Part shown: piece by piece, positions 27,589 to 36,767 of the stretch
Numbering within the stretch: position 1 is the stretch's first letter
Layout: every line of letters begins with the position of its first letter
Origin: a virus
Strand: one strand, 5' to 3'
DNA length: 64,000 nucleotides
IMG/VR virus record: IMGVR_UViG_3300042691_051382
Translations under genes and position numbers: made by a program
Notes under the pieces: generated by a model
Told to the model about the DNA's origin: nothing
What the model saw: only the letters and a program-made list of their open reading frames with translations
Databases searched by the model: none

Positions 27589-28521
27589 TTAGTCCATAAC
27601 CACCAAATCATCACTTTCTGTCAAATCTTCAGCCTTTATCCAAACTAGCTCGTCTGATTGTTTGACTAAAAATTTGTGTTCGGGTGTACAAACCACAGTA
27701 TAACCGTCTTCCATCTCAATACTTACAGTCGGTTTATTCTCATATTTAAATGTTTCCAATACTTGTCTATTTCCGAACATTGTAATTACCGTATCATTTT
27801 TATTGATATCGGATATATCTTTAAAAGTTCCATCCGACATCTGAACTTTATGGCCCTCTGTTAAACATCCACCACCCATAATCTTTTGTGGGAACATGCT
27901 CATGGTTTCGTAGGTGTGGTTGGTCATGATCAGAGGAATACCCGCTTTACCAAGCTTGAGTGTGAGCACTCGGAACGTAGCCTTGGTGACCTGAGCACGT
28001 GTCATGTCGCGTGTGTCTTTGCCTTCGGCTGTGTCGTTCATTTCTTTGCTGCTGCTCAACATTCCGAGGCTATCGAGAATCATGATCATCGGCTTGCGAT
28101 CCGCAACTGGCATCTTGAGATAGTTGTCCACTACCTTGACTGCCTGATTGCGAAACTCTTCGACTGTGGCCACACCAATCACTGCCACACGGCGCGTGTC
28201 GATGTTGCGTGTGCGAAACATGTCGCTGGTGACGGCGGCTTCGCTGTCAAAGTACATGCAAACACCATCTGGATTGGCTTCCAAGAAAGTCTTTACGATA
28301 CTAAGAGCAAAGAATGTTTTGCCGGTGGCACTCTCGCCAGCCAGAGCCATAATCTTGTTGGCTGGCATACCGCCATAGAGCGATCCGCTGAGAAGTGCGT
28401 TGAGAGCGTACACGCCTGTGTCAACGAAACCTGTCACATCACCACCATCAATACCATCTTCGACGATACTGGCAAACTCGTTGCCGGTGGTTTTAACCAT
28501 GTCCTTCAAAAAGTTACTCAT
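27589..28521 (-). CDS. uvsX: UvsX (RecA-like) N-terminal fragment fused to a 92-aa split intein N-part
   Basis: DTG.YALNALLSG, AGESATGKT, YFDSE, DSLGML, RDMTRAQ, TNHTY, MGGG|CLTEG...CTPEHKF. Confidence 0.93.
   Translation of the reverse strand: MSNFLKDMVKTTGNEFASIVEDGIDGGDVTGFVDTGVYALNALLSGSLYGGMPANKIMALAGESATGKTFFALSIVKTFLEANPDGVCMYFDSEAAVTSDMFRTRNIDTRRVAVIGVATVEEFRNQAVKVVDNYLKMPVADRKPMIMILDSLGMLSSSKEMNDTAEGKDTRDMTRAQVTKATFRVLTLKLGKAGIPLIMTNHTYETMSMFPQKIMGGGCLTEGHKVQMSDGTFKDISDINKNDTVITMFGNRQVLETFKYENKPTVSIEMEDGYTVVCTPEHKFLVKQSDELVWIKAEDLTESDDLVVMD
27592..27867 (-). mobile_element. Split intein IntN (UvsX)
   Basis: Block A CLTEGHKV, block B TPEH, ends at a stop codon after 92 aa. Confidence 0.9.
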
Positions 28522-28535
28522 AATATATCCTTGTT

Positions 28536-28631
28536 TTATCGTGTTTTGCTATGTTCGCGGCGAATCTGTCGGAGACGATTCTGACGCTTGCGATGCTTTC
28601 GCTTCACATTAATTTGTTTGCTGTTTGGCAT
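28536..28631 (-). CDS. Unannotated 31-aa basic peptide MPNSKQINVKRKHRKRQNRLRQIRREHSKTR
   Basis: Fills the gp46-uvsX gap; GAGG RBS; CATAAATA late-promoter-like site at 28651-28658. Confidence 0.65.
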   Translation of the reverse strand: MPNSKQINVKRKHRKRQNRLRQIRREHSKTR

Positions 28632-28667
28632 AATATACCTCTTTCAAAGCTATTTATGTTGATGGTA

Positions 28668-30380
28668 TCAAGATATGATCGAAAAGTTATTCTTTATTTC
28701 AACTTTCAAATGACTATCGAATCTGTCGCTGATAACATCAGGTTTGTGACTTATTACAAAAATATGAGTTTTCTTGCTCAACACTCTCAAAAGTTTCATG
28801 AAATCTTCGGTTCCACCTGCGTCCAAACTGCTGTCAAAAACTTCATCTAGTATCAATATGTTGGTGTTGGTGCTGTTCTTTTTGCGGCTAATTTCTCGCC
28901 ATGTGAGCAGCAGTGCCATATCGATGCGGAACTTTTGACCCTGCGAAAAGCTGTTGTATTCAAACTCGTCACGATAGCGACTTTTGATAACTTCCTTGAA
29001 ATTCTCGTCGAGATTAAAGTTGACAAAGAAATCCATGGAACTCAAATATTTGTTGATAAGTTTGTTCATCACTGGTAAATACTGACGAATGATTCGCGTT
29101 TTTATACCACTGTCTTTCAACAATTCGGATGCTATTTCGTACATGTGGCGAGTATCAATGTGCTCGTCTCGTTGACACAACAACTCCGAGTATTTTTGTT
29201 CGTAATCGGCAAGTTTGTTGGTTTCTTCTTGATCGCCCAAATCAGTCTTCAACAAACGTTCGTTTTCTTGCTGCAATTTTTGAATATAAGCATTGATACC
29301 AGTTATGCTGGCATTCTTGTTTTGATATTCCAAGTTCAAACAAGTTATCTCTTGCTGAACCTTTATGATTGCATCAAAACGATCCGATATCTCTTTCTTT
29401 TTGGTGCCAAGATCTTCGTATGCTTTTTCAAATTCTTGAATTTTAGACTGTTTGAGTTGTATTACTTTCTGCTTAAAATCAGAAGTAATTTCTTGATTGC
29501 AAGTTGGACAGTCATGGGTTTCGCTGTAAAATTGGATTGTTTTTGCCAATTTTGATAATTGTGAGGAGAGTTTTCGTTCGAGTTCTTCATATTTTTGTAA
29601 CTTTCCTTTGACTGTTTGCAAGTCGTTGATACTATTGTTTCTTTGATTGATATCATTTTTAATGCTATCCATATCCAACACAAGCTTAGATATAGCTTCA
29701 TTGTTGACAGCGATTTCTTCATTATTTGTATTTATGGCTTCGGTGTTCTTGTTTTGGATCTTTTTTATATGTTCGCGTTGCATGTCCAGTTTTTCTTTTG
29801 CAATCGCAATGTCTCGATCCAAATCTTTTAAATTCTCTTTGAGTATCGAAGCCTTCTCTTTGAGAACAATATTCATGCGACTAAAAACGCGAATGTCTAA
29901 AAGCTCCTCGATTACTTCGCGTCGGTCTTGTGCCGACAGCTGCATAAAAGGAACAAAGTTGCTGGAGCCTAAAAACACCAACTGAGTAAAAGACTTGTAA
30001 TTTAGTTTTAAAATATTTTGTTCCAAAAACTTTTGATAGTCTTTGGACTTGCTTTCCTGATCTATAATCTTTCCGTCCGAATATATTTCAAATATGGTTG
30101 GCTTGATACCACGTCGAACCTTGTATTGTTTTTTACCAATATTAAATTCAACTTCAACCAAACAGTCTTTTTCGTTGATGCTATTTAATAAATTAGGTTT
30201 GTTGATGTTTCTAAATGGTATTCCAAACAAAGCAAACGTCAAAGCTTCTCCGATGGTGCTTTTTCCGCTTCCGTTCTTTCCGGAAATGAGCGTCATGTTA
30301 TTTTTCTGAAAATCTATTTCAGTGAAAAAATTACCGTACGAAAGCAAGTTTTTCCATCTAAGCTTTTGAAATTCTATCAT
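28668..30380 (-). CDS. gp46: Recombination ATPase subunit (gp46, Rad50/SbcC-like)
   Basis: GKNGSGKST, CPTCNQ zinc hook, FSQGQKFRID, ILDEVFDSSLD, ISH. Confidence 0.96.
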   Translation of the reverse strand: MIEFQKLRWKNLLSYGNFFTEIDFQKNNMTLISGKNGSGKSTIGEALTFALFGIPFRNINKPNLLNSINEKDCLVEVEFNIGKKQYKVRRGIKPTIFEIYSDGKIIDQESKSKDYQKFLEQNILKLNYKSFTQLVFLGSSNFVPFMQLSAQDRREVIEELLDIRVFSRMNIVLKEKASILKENLKDLDRDIAIAKEKLDMQREHIKKIQNKNTEAINTNNEEIAVNNEAISKLVLDMDSIKNDINQRNNSINDLQTVKGKLQKYEELERKLSSQLSKLAKTIQFYSETHDCPTCNQEITSDFKQKVIQLKQSKIQEFEKAYEDLGTKKKEISDRFDAIIKVQQEITCLNLEYQNKNASITGINAYIQKLQQENERLLKTDLGDQEETNKLADYEQKYSELLCQRDEHIDTRHMYEIASELLKDSGIKTRIIRQYLPVMNKLINKYLSSMDFFVNFNLDENFKEVIKSRYRDEFEYNSFSQGQKFRIDMALLLTWREISRKKNSTNTNILILDEVFDSSLDAGGTEDFMKLLRVLSKKTHIFVISHKPDVISDRFDSHLKVEIKNNFSIIS

Positions 30381-31429
30381 TAATCAACCTCGAAGCTCTC
30401 AAGATAAAGATCGGTCATTATCTTTTTCAGAGAATTTACAGCTGCTGGTTCGTAATTTTTATTGTCATCGATATCACCGTAGATGATACTAAGCGTGTCC
30501 TGTGTTATATCTATATCATCTGTGGACGGATCTGCAAGTTCATACTCTTCGATTATATTTACTTCGTGCGGACAAACATCGTAAAGTTTTCCGATGTATT
30601 TGTCGAACAACTTGGGATTCTTTTTGTTCTTGACAACCAGTTTTACGTAACTTTTTTCGTATCGAGAAAAGTCGGGTATTTCCATCTTGTTTGTGTCGTC
30701 GTAAATCAGTCGATAAAACATCTTGTAAGGATTTTCAACAAAACAAACTTTTCGTGTTTCCGTATCAAAAACGTGAAACCCTTTTCGCTCGTCAACATCC
30801 GCAAATGTCATGTCGTATTGAGTACCAAGATAATAAACATGGCCATCGTCATTCTTTTGGTGAAAATGGCCAGAATACACGTTTTCAAATTTTTCTAAAA
30901 TGTTTTTGTTCATACCTTCTTCGGATCTGATGCCACGAAGCACTTCGAATCCTTGAAGTTCAAGATGTCCTATAGCTACCGTAGACGAGCTTTTTTGCAC
31001 AAAACTATCGAATTCGTTTTGATTGTCTGGGCATATCCAAGGCAACATAGCAAACATGAATCCTGCTACACTTGCATCTTCAAATTTTTCATAAAGTCTT
31101 ATCGACTCGTGATCGCCAAACAACTCTTTTACAGAATTCACTAAGTTTGTATTTTTATAATACACATCATGGTTGCCGAGTATGATATGCATCGTTATTT
31201 GGCGTTTTTGTAGTTCTTGTATGAAGTTCTCTCTGATAAACTTGAGAGTTTCAAAATTTACATATTTTCTTCGATCCATCAAATCGCCAAGATGAATCAA
31301 TTCTTTTATGTTGTTGGCATCCAGATACGGAAAAAATATGTCTTTAAAAAAACGATCAAAGTATTCTCGAAACACAAGAGAATCGTTTTTAAATCCAAAA
31401 TGGGTATCGTTTATTAAAGGTATCAACAT
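30380..31429 (-). CDS. gp47: Recombination nuclease subunit (gp47, Mre11/SbcD-like)
   Basis: DTHFG, HLGDLMDRR, GNHD, GHLE, SGHFH. Confidence 0.95.
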   Translation of the reverse strand: MLIPLINDTHFGFKNDSLVFREYFDRFFKDIFFPYLDANNIKELIHLGDLMDRRKYVNFETLKFIRENFIQELQKRQITMHIILGNHDVYYKNTNLVNSVKELFGDHESIRLYEKFEDASVAGFMFAMLPWICPDNQNEFDSFVQKSSSTVAIGHLELQGFEVLRGIRSEEGMNKNILEKFENVYSGHFHQKNDDGHVYYLGTQYDMTFADVDERKGFHVFDTETRKVCFVENPYKMFYRLIYDDTNKMEIPDFSRYEKSYVKLVVKNKKNPKLFDKYIGKLYDVCPHEVNIIEEYELADPSTDDIDITQDTLSIIYGDIDDNKNYEPAAVNSLKKIMTDLYLESFEVD

Positions 31430-31431
31430 GA

Positions 31432-32070
31432 TTATATAAAATATTCATCAAGATTTGATTTTTTGCTCTTCTTTTTTGTTTTTCCAGTTCCATTTTTTTC
31501 AAAACTCTTGACATCCGAATCTTTTAAATTAAAGAAACTGGCATACAAATTGTCGTTTTGATTCTTTTCCGACAGTAAATTTTGCTCTTTGATGATCTTG
31601 CGAATTACACCTTTGTCGTCCAAGTGCTCCATCATTTTCATCTTGACATACATCTGCTTCTTTTCTTTTTGTATTCTTCTCACAAAAGCAAAGTATATTA
31701 TCTGAGTAAAGTAAGCGAATGGATTTTTTGATTTTTTAGGATCAAAGTTGTCGATGTACATCAAGCAGTTTTCTATACCATCGCCTATCATCTCTTCGCG
31801 ATGCACGTAATTGGCAAAGTTGGGTTTGGTTGCAAGCCGTTGGGCTATCATTATGATGCACGATCCAATATACTCGGACACCTTGGGCTTGGGTGGCTTT
31901 GTTTCGTTCTCGGTCAATTTCTTAATTTTCTTGTTGTATTCGGACACCTTTTCGGTATATTCAACCATTTCCTGATACATTTTTTGGTTGTCTATGTAAT
32001 TGTCTTTGGTTTTTTTAGTTTTTGGCTTGGTTGTTTGACTCATTTTGGTTCGCTTCTTTCTTTTTGCCAC
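31432..32070 (-). CDS. gp55: Late-transcription sigma factor
   Basis: NYIDN, YIG..IA..L..KPNF.NY..REEMIGDGIENC, NFDP.KS.NPFAYFTQI. Confidence 0.95.
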   Translation of the reverse strand: MAKRKKRTKMSQTTKPKTKKTKDNYIDNQKMYQEMVEYTEKVSEYNKKIKKLTENETKPPKPKVSEYIGSCIIMIAQRLATKPNFANYVHREEMIGDGIENCLMYIDNFDPKKSKNPFAYFTQIIYFAFVRRIQKEKKQMYVKMKMMEHLDDKGVIRKIIKEQNLLSEKNQNDNLYASFFNLKDSDVKSFEKNGTGKTKKKSKKSNLDEYFI

Positions 32071-32244
32071 CTTACTTCTCCCTAATTATATGCAATAGCA
32101 CCAAAAATTATGGTCAACAGTGCTATAAAAATTTTTTGCAAATCTTTGAAATTTGTGTGGCTGAGCAAAAACTTTGGCTTATACATATGCATGTCCGGGA
32201 TGAACATCAAGTTCTTTACCTATAAAGTAATTAAGGTACCTTAG

Positions 32245-32745
32245 TTATATCTTGAAGCGAGGAGGGAAGTCATCCCATCCGTTTGAATCAAGATCATCCT
32301 CGCCATCATCCAGCCGCTCTTGAGTCGGACCACTGAGACCATCTTGTTTGGATGGTTTTTTCTTTTTCTTGGGTTTGCTTTCTTGTTCGTAAAACTCAAT
32401 CGTCTCGCTCAAGTAATCTGTTTCAAAAAACTCAGTATTTTCAGTTTCTAAAAGTATTTTTTCGTACGTAGATCGAATGGTTGCATCACAATCAACTTCG
32501 ATCAACACCGAATCGGCTGGGATGTGGTATTCTTTGCAGATTGAACCTTCTATCCAGTCGCGAAACGCTATGTCGGTGCTTTCCATATTTCCGTCTTTGT
32601 TGATGTACGGAACATAAATTATGGTCATTGGATCTTTCAAAACATAAAAATCGTTCACACGTTTGACACGAGCTATCAAAGTTTCACCGTGACGCATCTT
32701 GACAAGACGAATCGGAAAATCTGAATTGTTTGGCTTTTTAGTCAT
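32245..32745 (-). CDS. Conserved T4-like hypothetical protein between uvsW and gp55
   Basis: IRLVKMRHGETLIA...LKDPM pattern; syntenic position. Confidence 0.65.
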   Translation of the reverse strand: MTKKPNNSDFPIRLVKMRHGETLIARVKRVNDFYVLKDPMTIIYVPYINKDGNMESTDIAFRDWIEGSICKEYHIPADSVLIEVDCDATIRSTYEKILLETENTEFFETDYLSETIEFYEQESKPKKKKKPSKQDGLSGPTQERLDDGEDDLDSNGWDDFPPRFKI

Positions 32746-32746
32746 G

Positions 32747-34255
32747 TCATATCCTTAAACTTACAATTTTGTAATCAAATTTTTCTTCGTTGTATATTTT
32801 TAATCGTTCAACAAAGTGTTTTAAACCGTAATTTTGACGAGACTTCCAACTCAAATCATCGCTGATATCATACAACTGTGCATGTTGTTTGGTATCACTT
32901 TTTCTTAATTGTCGCCCTATGCTCTGTAGAACTCGTACTCTTCCTTTGCTCGGGCTAGCAAAAACAATGTTGTGTAGCTTGCGTATATTTATACCCGTGC
33001 TGAAAGTACCATAACTGGCTACGATTATAGCGTCGTTTTGAGTTTCAACAGTCTTTCTCATTTGTTCGCGAAGTTCCGCATCAACATCGCCGCTAACAAA
33101 ATAAATTTGACGATTTGGATCTTTATTTTTCTTTACAATCAAATCGTGCAGAACTTTGCCGTGTTTTTCCACAAATTGATAAAGAACCAAGCTGTTGCCG
33201 CGAGTGTTTAAAGCTAGATCCGCAATAAAATTGTTTCTTCGATCGTGACGAACCAAATAATCTATTTCTTGATCATATTTTAAATCTTTGACGTGTTTAC
33301 ACTCGTCGTCGTTGTATTTCAGCGTCACACACTCGATTTTTAATTTGCTGAGGATATTGGCATCAATCAAATCGCGAGTTGTTGCTATACGATGAACTTT
33401 TCCAGTCAAACCTTCAACCACCAGTTTGTTGGTTTGCATACCATCAAGTGTGCCTGTTAATCCTATTCGACGCGGACAAACAAGCAACTTTTCCATGATT
33501 CCTTTGATGCTGTCGCTGCGCATGTGATGCGATTCGTCAACTATCACACATTCAAAGTTTTCAAAATACTTTTTGCTTTCTTTGTAGATCGACTGCCATG
33601 TGCTAACAATCACTTGCGAATCGCTAAGCTTTTGTTTTCCACCTACAACACCATGACATTGTTTTGAAACATCCCATCCGTTTGCCTGTGAATAACAATC
33701 AAAGTCGCTGAGCATCTGATACACTAGAGCCACAGTTGGAACAACGATCAATATTTTTTTATTGGTTTGTTGCGCATAATAACGAATCAACGAATATATT
33801 ATGTAACTTTTGCCACTTGCGGTTGGCGACAACAACAAACATCTGGAGTTGTTTATTGCGTACTCAACACCTTCTATTTGGTGTGGTAATGCTTGTAGTT
33901 TTTCGTTTTTTGGACCTCGTATGTCCAGTTGATTCAAAAAATCTACAATTTGCTGGCGATCGAGTGGTCGACTTGGACGCGGAAAATCTGCATCTAGTTT
34001 TACTGTGTATCCTCGCTCGTTTGCGAATTTTATTACATACGGAATCAGGCCATAGTACAACAATTCGCTGTACTGATTGTACAATCGTATTTTACCGTCC
34101 CATATTTTGTGGCGATATGCAGGAGTGTATCTGGCGTTTGGTACCACAAAGGTGAAGTAGTCCACCATTTCCATACCTATGCCTGCTTCTTTGCAGCAAA
34201 CTTTTGCATGCACATCATTCAAATAACGAATAATGATGTTGCTCGAATCGCTCAT
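32747..34255 (-). CDS. uvsW: SF2 DNA helicase
   Basis: WDGKIRL, SPTASGKS, VDESH, GLTGT, ASYGTFSTGINI, LQSIGR; ATG 34255 chosen because a late promoter lies just upstream. Confidence 0.95.
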   Translation of the reverse strand: MSDSSNIIIRYLNDVHAKVCCKEAGIGMEMVDYFTFVVPNARYTPAYRHKIWDGKIRLYNQYSELLYYGLIPYVIKFANERGYTVKLDADFPRPSRPLDRQQIVDFLNQLDIRGPKNEKLQALPHQIEGVEYAINNSRCLLLSPTASGKSYIIYSLIRYYAQQTNKKILIVVPTVALVYQMLSDFDCYSQANGWDVSKQCHGVVGGKQKLSDSQVIVSTWQSIYKESKKYFENFECVIVDESHHMRSDSIKGIMEKLLVCPRRIGLTGTLDGMQTNKLVVEGLTGKVHRIATTRDLIDANILSKLKIECVTLKYNDDECKHVKDLKYDQEIDYLVRHDRRNNFIADLALNTRGNSLVLYQFVEKHGKVLHDLIVKKNKDPNRQIYFVSGDVDAELREQMRKTVETQNDAIIVASYGTFSTGINIRKLHNIVFASPSKGRVRVLQSIGRQLRKSDTKQHAQLYDISDDLSWKSRQNYGLKHFVERLKIYNEEKFDYKIVSLRI

Positions 34256-34260
34256 AAAAA

Positions 34261-34268
34261 TATTTATA
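34261..34268 (-). promoter_or_regulatory. Late promoter TATAAATA (uvsW)
   Basis: Exact motif, 5 nt before ATG 34255. Confidence 0.7.
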
Positions 34269-34272
34269 TTGA

Positions 34273-34710
34273 TTAATTTACGCCATTCACAAACTTGCGC
34301 CACTCGATAGCCGATCGAATTTGCCAATGACGATTCATAATTCCTTTTATGATCGATTCGATGTATTCTATTTTTTCACGCTGACGCTCTATCTTCAAAC
34401 GCAAATTTTGCAGTTCGGTGTCGCTGTCCATGTACAAATCTACATCTTGTTTGAGTATTCGCAAAGCAAACGGCTGCCAACCGTGTTGATTCAATTGCTC
34501 TTGATCCATTTTTCCGGTGTAATATTCCCACTTCAAACGACGCATCTTATCAAAATCGATTTGAATTGCACGAAGAACCAAACGTTCGTCGCTCAAAAAA
34601 TTAAGATATTTGTTGTGAAGTTGTGGAATTCTTAGCGATTCACGGTCGAGTTCGGTGCCGTCCAACGCTAAATCTTGCTCGGCATGAGCACGTATTTCTT
34701 CGATTTTCAT
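34273..34710 (-). CDS. uvsY: Recombination mediator
   Basis: ESLRIPQLHNKYL, KWEYYTGK, IRSAIEWRKF. Confidence 0.92.
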   Translation of the reverse strand: MKIEEIRAHAEQDLALDGTELDRESLRIPQLHNKYLNFLSDERLVLRAIQIDFDKMRRLKWEYYTGKMDQEQLNQHGWQPFALRILKQDVDLYMDSDTELQNLRLKIERQREKIEYIESIIKGIMNRHWQIRSAIEWRKFVNGVN

Positions 34711-34727
34711 AATATAAAGTTCCTGTT

Positions 34728-35255
34728 TTAATTGCTGTAAAGCGATGTGATTTTAAACAAGGTATACTCGAATGTAACTGTACTGTACTGAAACGTGGAT
34801 CCCATCGATCCAGTTTGAAAATTTAATCCACCAAGGCTAGTTGGAAACAAACCATCAAAATTTATTCTAAATTTTGGAATATTGTTGCTGTCGTGAATAA
34901 ACAACACACCTTCGCTGTTGAGGTGTGTGCTGGGTTCTTCGTAAGTGTCAAAATTTTCTTGGTTGGTGGATTGACGCATCCAATTGTATATTTCCAACCA
35001 ATTTTTTAAATTTTCATCGACCATAAAACTTATGCTCAAGTTTTCTGGAGTCAAAGCACCACCGGGTCTTGGTATATTGTTGAATGGTGTTGGTTGTTCG
35101 GTTGATCTGACTCGCAAACCCGGAAGCGAAACACTTTGACAGAAAAAAGTAACGTTGCTTATTTTTCGCAGTTCAAATTGAAAATGTGTGGCAAGAATAC
35201 CGTTTTTATTGTCGGGTTGTAATTGTAAACGACCGTATCCGTTTTGATCTGTCAT
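34728..35255 (-). CDS. gp3: Tail tube terminator / gp3-like (gp19 fold)
   Basis: FFCQSVSLPG, FMVDENLKNWLEIYNWM, FPTSLGGLNF; position after gp23. Confidence 0.8.
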   Translation of the reverse strand: MTDQNGYGRLQLQPDNKNGILATHFQFELRKISNVTFFCQSVSLPGLRVRSTEQPTPFNNIPRPGGALTPENLSISFMVDENLKNWLEIYNWMRQSTNQENFDTYEEPSTHLNSEGVLFIHDSNNIPKFRINFDGLFPTSLGGLNFQTGSMGSTFQYSTVTFEYTLFKITSLYSN

Positions 35256-35280
35256 ATTTACCTCTGATGTATTTATCAAT

Positions 35281-35314
35281 AAAAAAACAGGGAGATCTTT
35301 CGATCCCCCTGTTT
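35281..35314 (-). terminator. Rho-independent terminator downstream of gp23
   Basis: Minus strand AAACAGGGGGATC-GAAA-GATCTCCCTGTTT followed by a U-tract; a second hairpin at 35324-35350. Confidence 0.85.
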
Positions 35315-35358
35315 CGTTTTTACTCTATCTTATGATAATCACAAGATAGAACAAGTTA

Positions 35359-36732
35359 TCAGAACAAATTGTCTACTCTGCATATTCTGTAATATTGATT
35401 TGCACGAGCCGAGAGCGTCTGACCGTCAGCAGCACCGGTGCTTGTGTTGTACACGAATGGGTTGCTTACGAGACCATAACGCGTCTTGAACGCAATCTTG
35501 GGCTGGAACGTGTCTTGACCAACCGCACGCACCATCTGGAGCGGCACGTATGGGCAGTAGAACAGACCAGCGTCGAATGGCGAGCTACCCTTGTAACCAA
35601 CGCAGAAGAAGTCGCGCTGGAGCGAAGAGTATGGGTCGATGTGCACGCGGAACTTGCCGTTGAGCACACCAACGAATGTGTTGCCCGTATCATCAACGTT
35701 GAGGTTGGTGTTGAGGGCTGGGGCGTAATCGAGAACGCCTGCCATGGCAAGAGCCGAGGCAACGTCGCTCGAGCAGAGCACAAAGTTACCCTTACCACGA
35801 CGGGTCTCCTTGGCGATCTGGTTGGCTTCGCGTTCGATCTGGAACAGCAAGCCCTTGAACTTTTCGGCACTCCAACGACCGTTCGAGTCAACGTTGAGAT
35901 CAAACACGCCGGTGGTCTGAGTGGTACCAGCGCGTGCGCCGAGCTTGGCTACACCGTAGATGGTACGAACCACTTCGCGGTTGATTTCAGCGAGGATTTC
36001 AGCCGAGAGGATGTTGGCGAGTTCGGTTTCGGCATCGAGACCGTGAACAGCCTTGAGATCCTGAGCGAGTTCGAGCGAGTATTCAGCCTTGAGAGCGCGT
36101 GTACGAGCTTCAACGACTGTCTTCTCGATCGAGAATGCCATCTGAGCGAATGGGTTGGTTGTGGAAGGATCACCGAGACCTTCACCGTCACCCGTGCGAT
36201 AACCACGATAAGCCGTGATACCAGCAGCAGATGTGGAAGTTGCAAGTCCAAACGGATCCGAGGAGTACGTATCGCTGTACTGACCGTTGGTTGGACCAAG
36301 GGCAGCGGCAGCAAACGAACCGGTAGAACCCGAACCACCAAAGCGCGTGTCGGCTTCGAGGAACAGGGCTTCGTCACCCGTCTGGCTGGCGTAACGGCTG
36401 CGCATAGCGAAGATAAGTCCTGTAGGACCGCTCATTGGCTGCACACCGCAGATATCGTACGCAACCAAGTTTGGCATGGCGCGACGAACGAGGCTGATGA
36501 GAATCGGATCCCACAGCGAAACGTTGCCACCCATACCGTTCGAGCTGGTACCGAGCGATGGGTTGGTACCGATCGAGTTGGCTGGGCTGGCTTCGCGAAG
36601 GTGCTGCTGTTGATTTTCGAGAAGCACAGCAGTGACCTGCTTGCGATAGCTATCGGAAATTTCGGGCATGTCCGTGTGTTCGAGGATTGGTGCCCACTTC
36701 TTCATAATTTTTTCTGATACTCTGAATTCCAT
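35359..36732 (-). CDS. gp23: Major capsid protein
   Basis: LISLVRRAMPNL.AYDICGVQPMSGPTGLIFAMR, RALKAEYSLELAQDLKAVHG, FYCPYVPL, TFQPKI.FKTRYG. Confidence 0.98.
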   Translation of the reverse strand: MEFRVSEKIMKKWAPILEHTDMPEISDSYRKQVTAVLLENQQQHLREASPANSIGTNPSLGTSSNGMGGNVSLWDPILISLVRRAMPNLVAYDICGVQPMSGPTGLIFAMRSRYASQTGDEALFLEADTRFGGSGSTGSFAAAALGPTNGQYSDTYSSDPFGLATSTSAAGITAYRGYRTGDGEGLGDPSTTNPFAQMAFSIEKTVVEARTRALKAEYSLELAQDLKAVHGLDAETELANILSAEILAEINREVVRTIYGVAKLGARAGTTQTTGVFDLNVDSNGRWSAEKFKGLLFQIEREANQIAKETRRGKGNFVLCSSDVASALAMAGVLDYAPALNTNLNVDDTGNTFVGVLNGKFRVHIDPYSSLQRDFFCVGYKGSSPFDAGLFYCPYVPLQMVRAVGQDTFQPKIAFKTRYGLVSNPFVYNTSTGAADGQTLSARANQYYRICRVDNLF

Positions 36733-36757
36733 TTAAAATCTCCTTGAGAATTAAATT

Positions 36758-36765
36758 TATTTATA
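36758..36765 (-). promoter_or_regulatory. Late promoter TATAAATA (gp23)
   Basis: Exact motif upstream of the gp23 RBS (AAGGAG). Confidence 0.8.
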
Positions 36766-36767
36766 AT

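Noticed and set aside
32071-32245. Intergenic region with the palindrome TAAGGTACCTTA as a possible origin or ncRNA
   Set aside because: No iterons or convincing extended structure; explained adequately as the gp55 promoter region.
35395-36717. 440-aa plus-strand ORF antisense to gp23 (and similar shadows over gp18, gp22, uvsX and the TPR-GT2)
   Set aside because: Shadow frames arising from the biased codon usage of the real minus-strand genes; no RBS or recognisable motifs.
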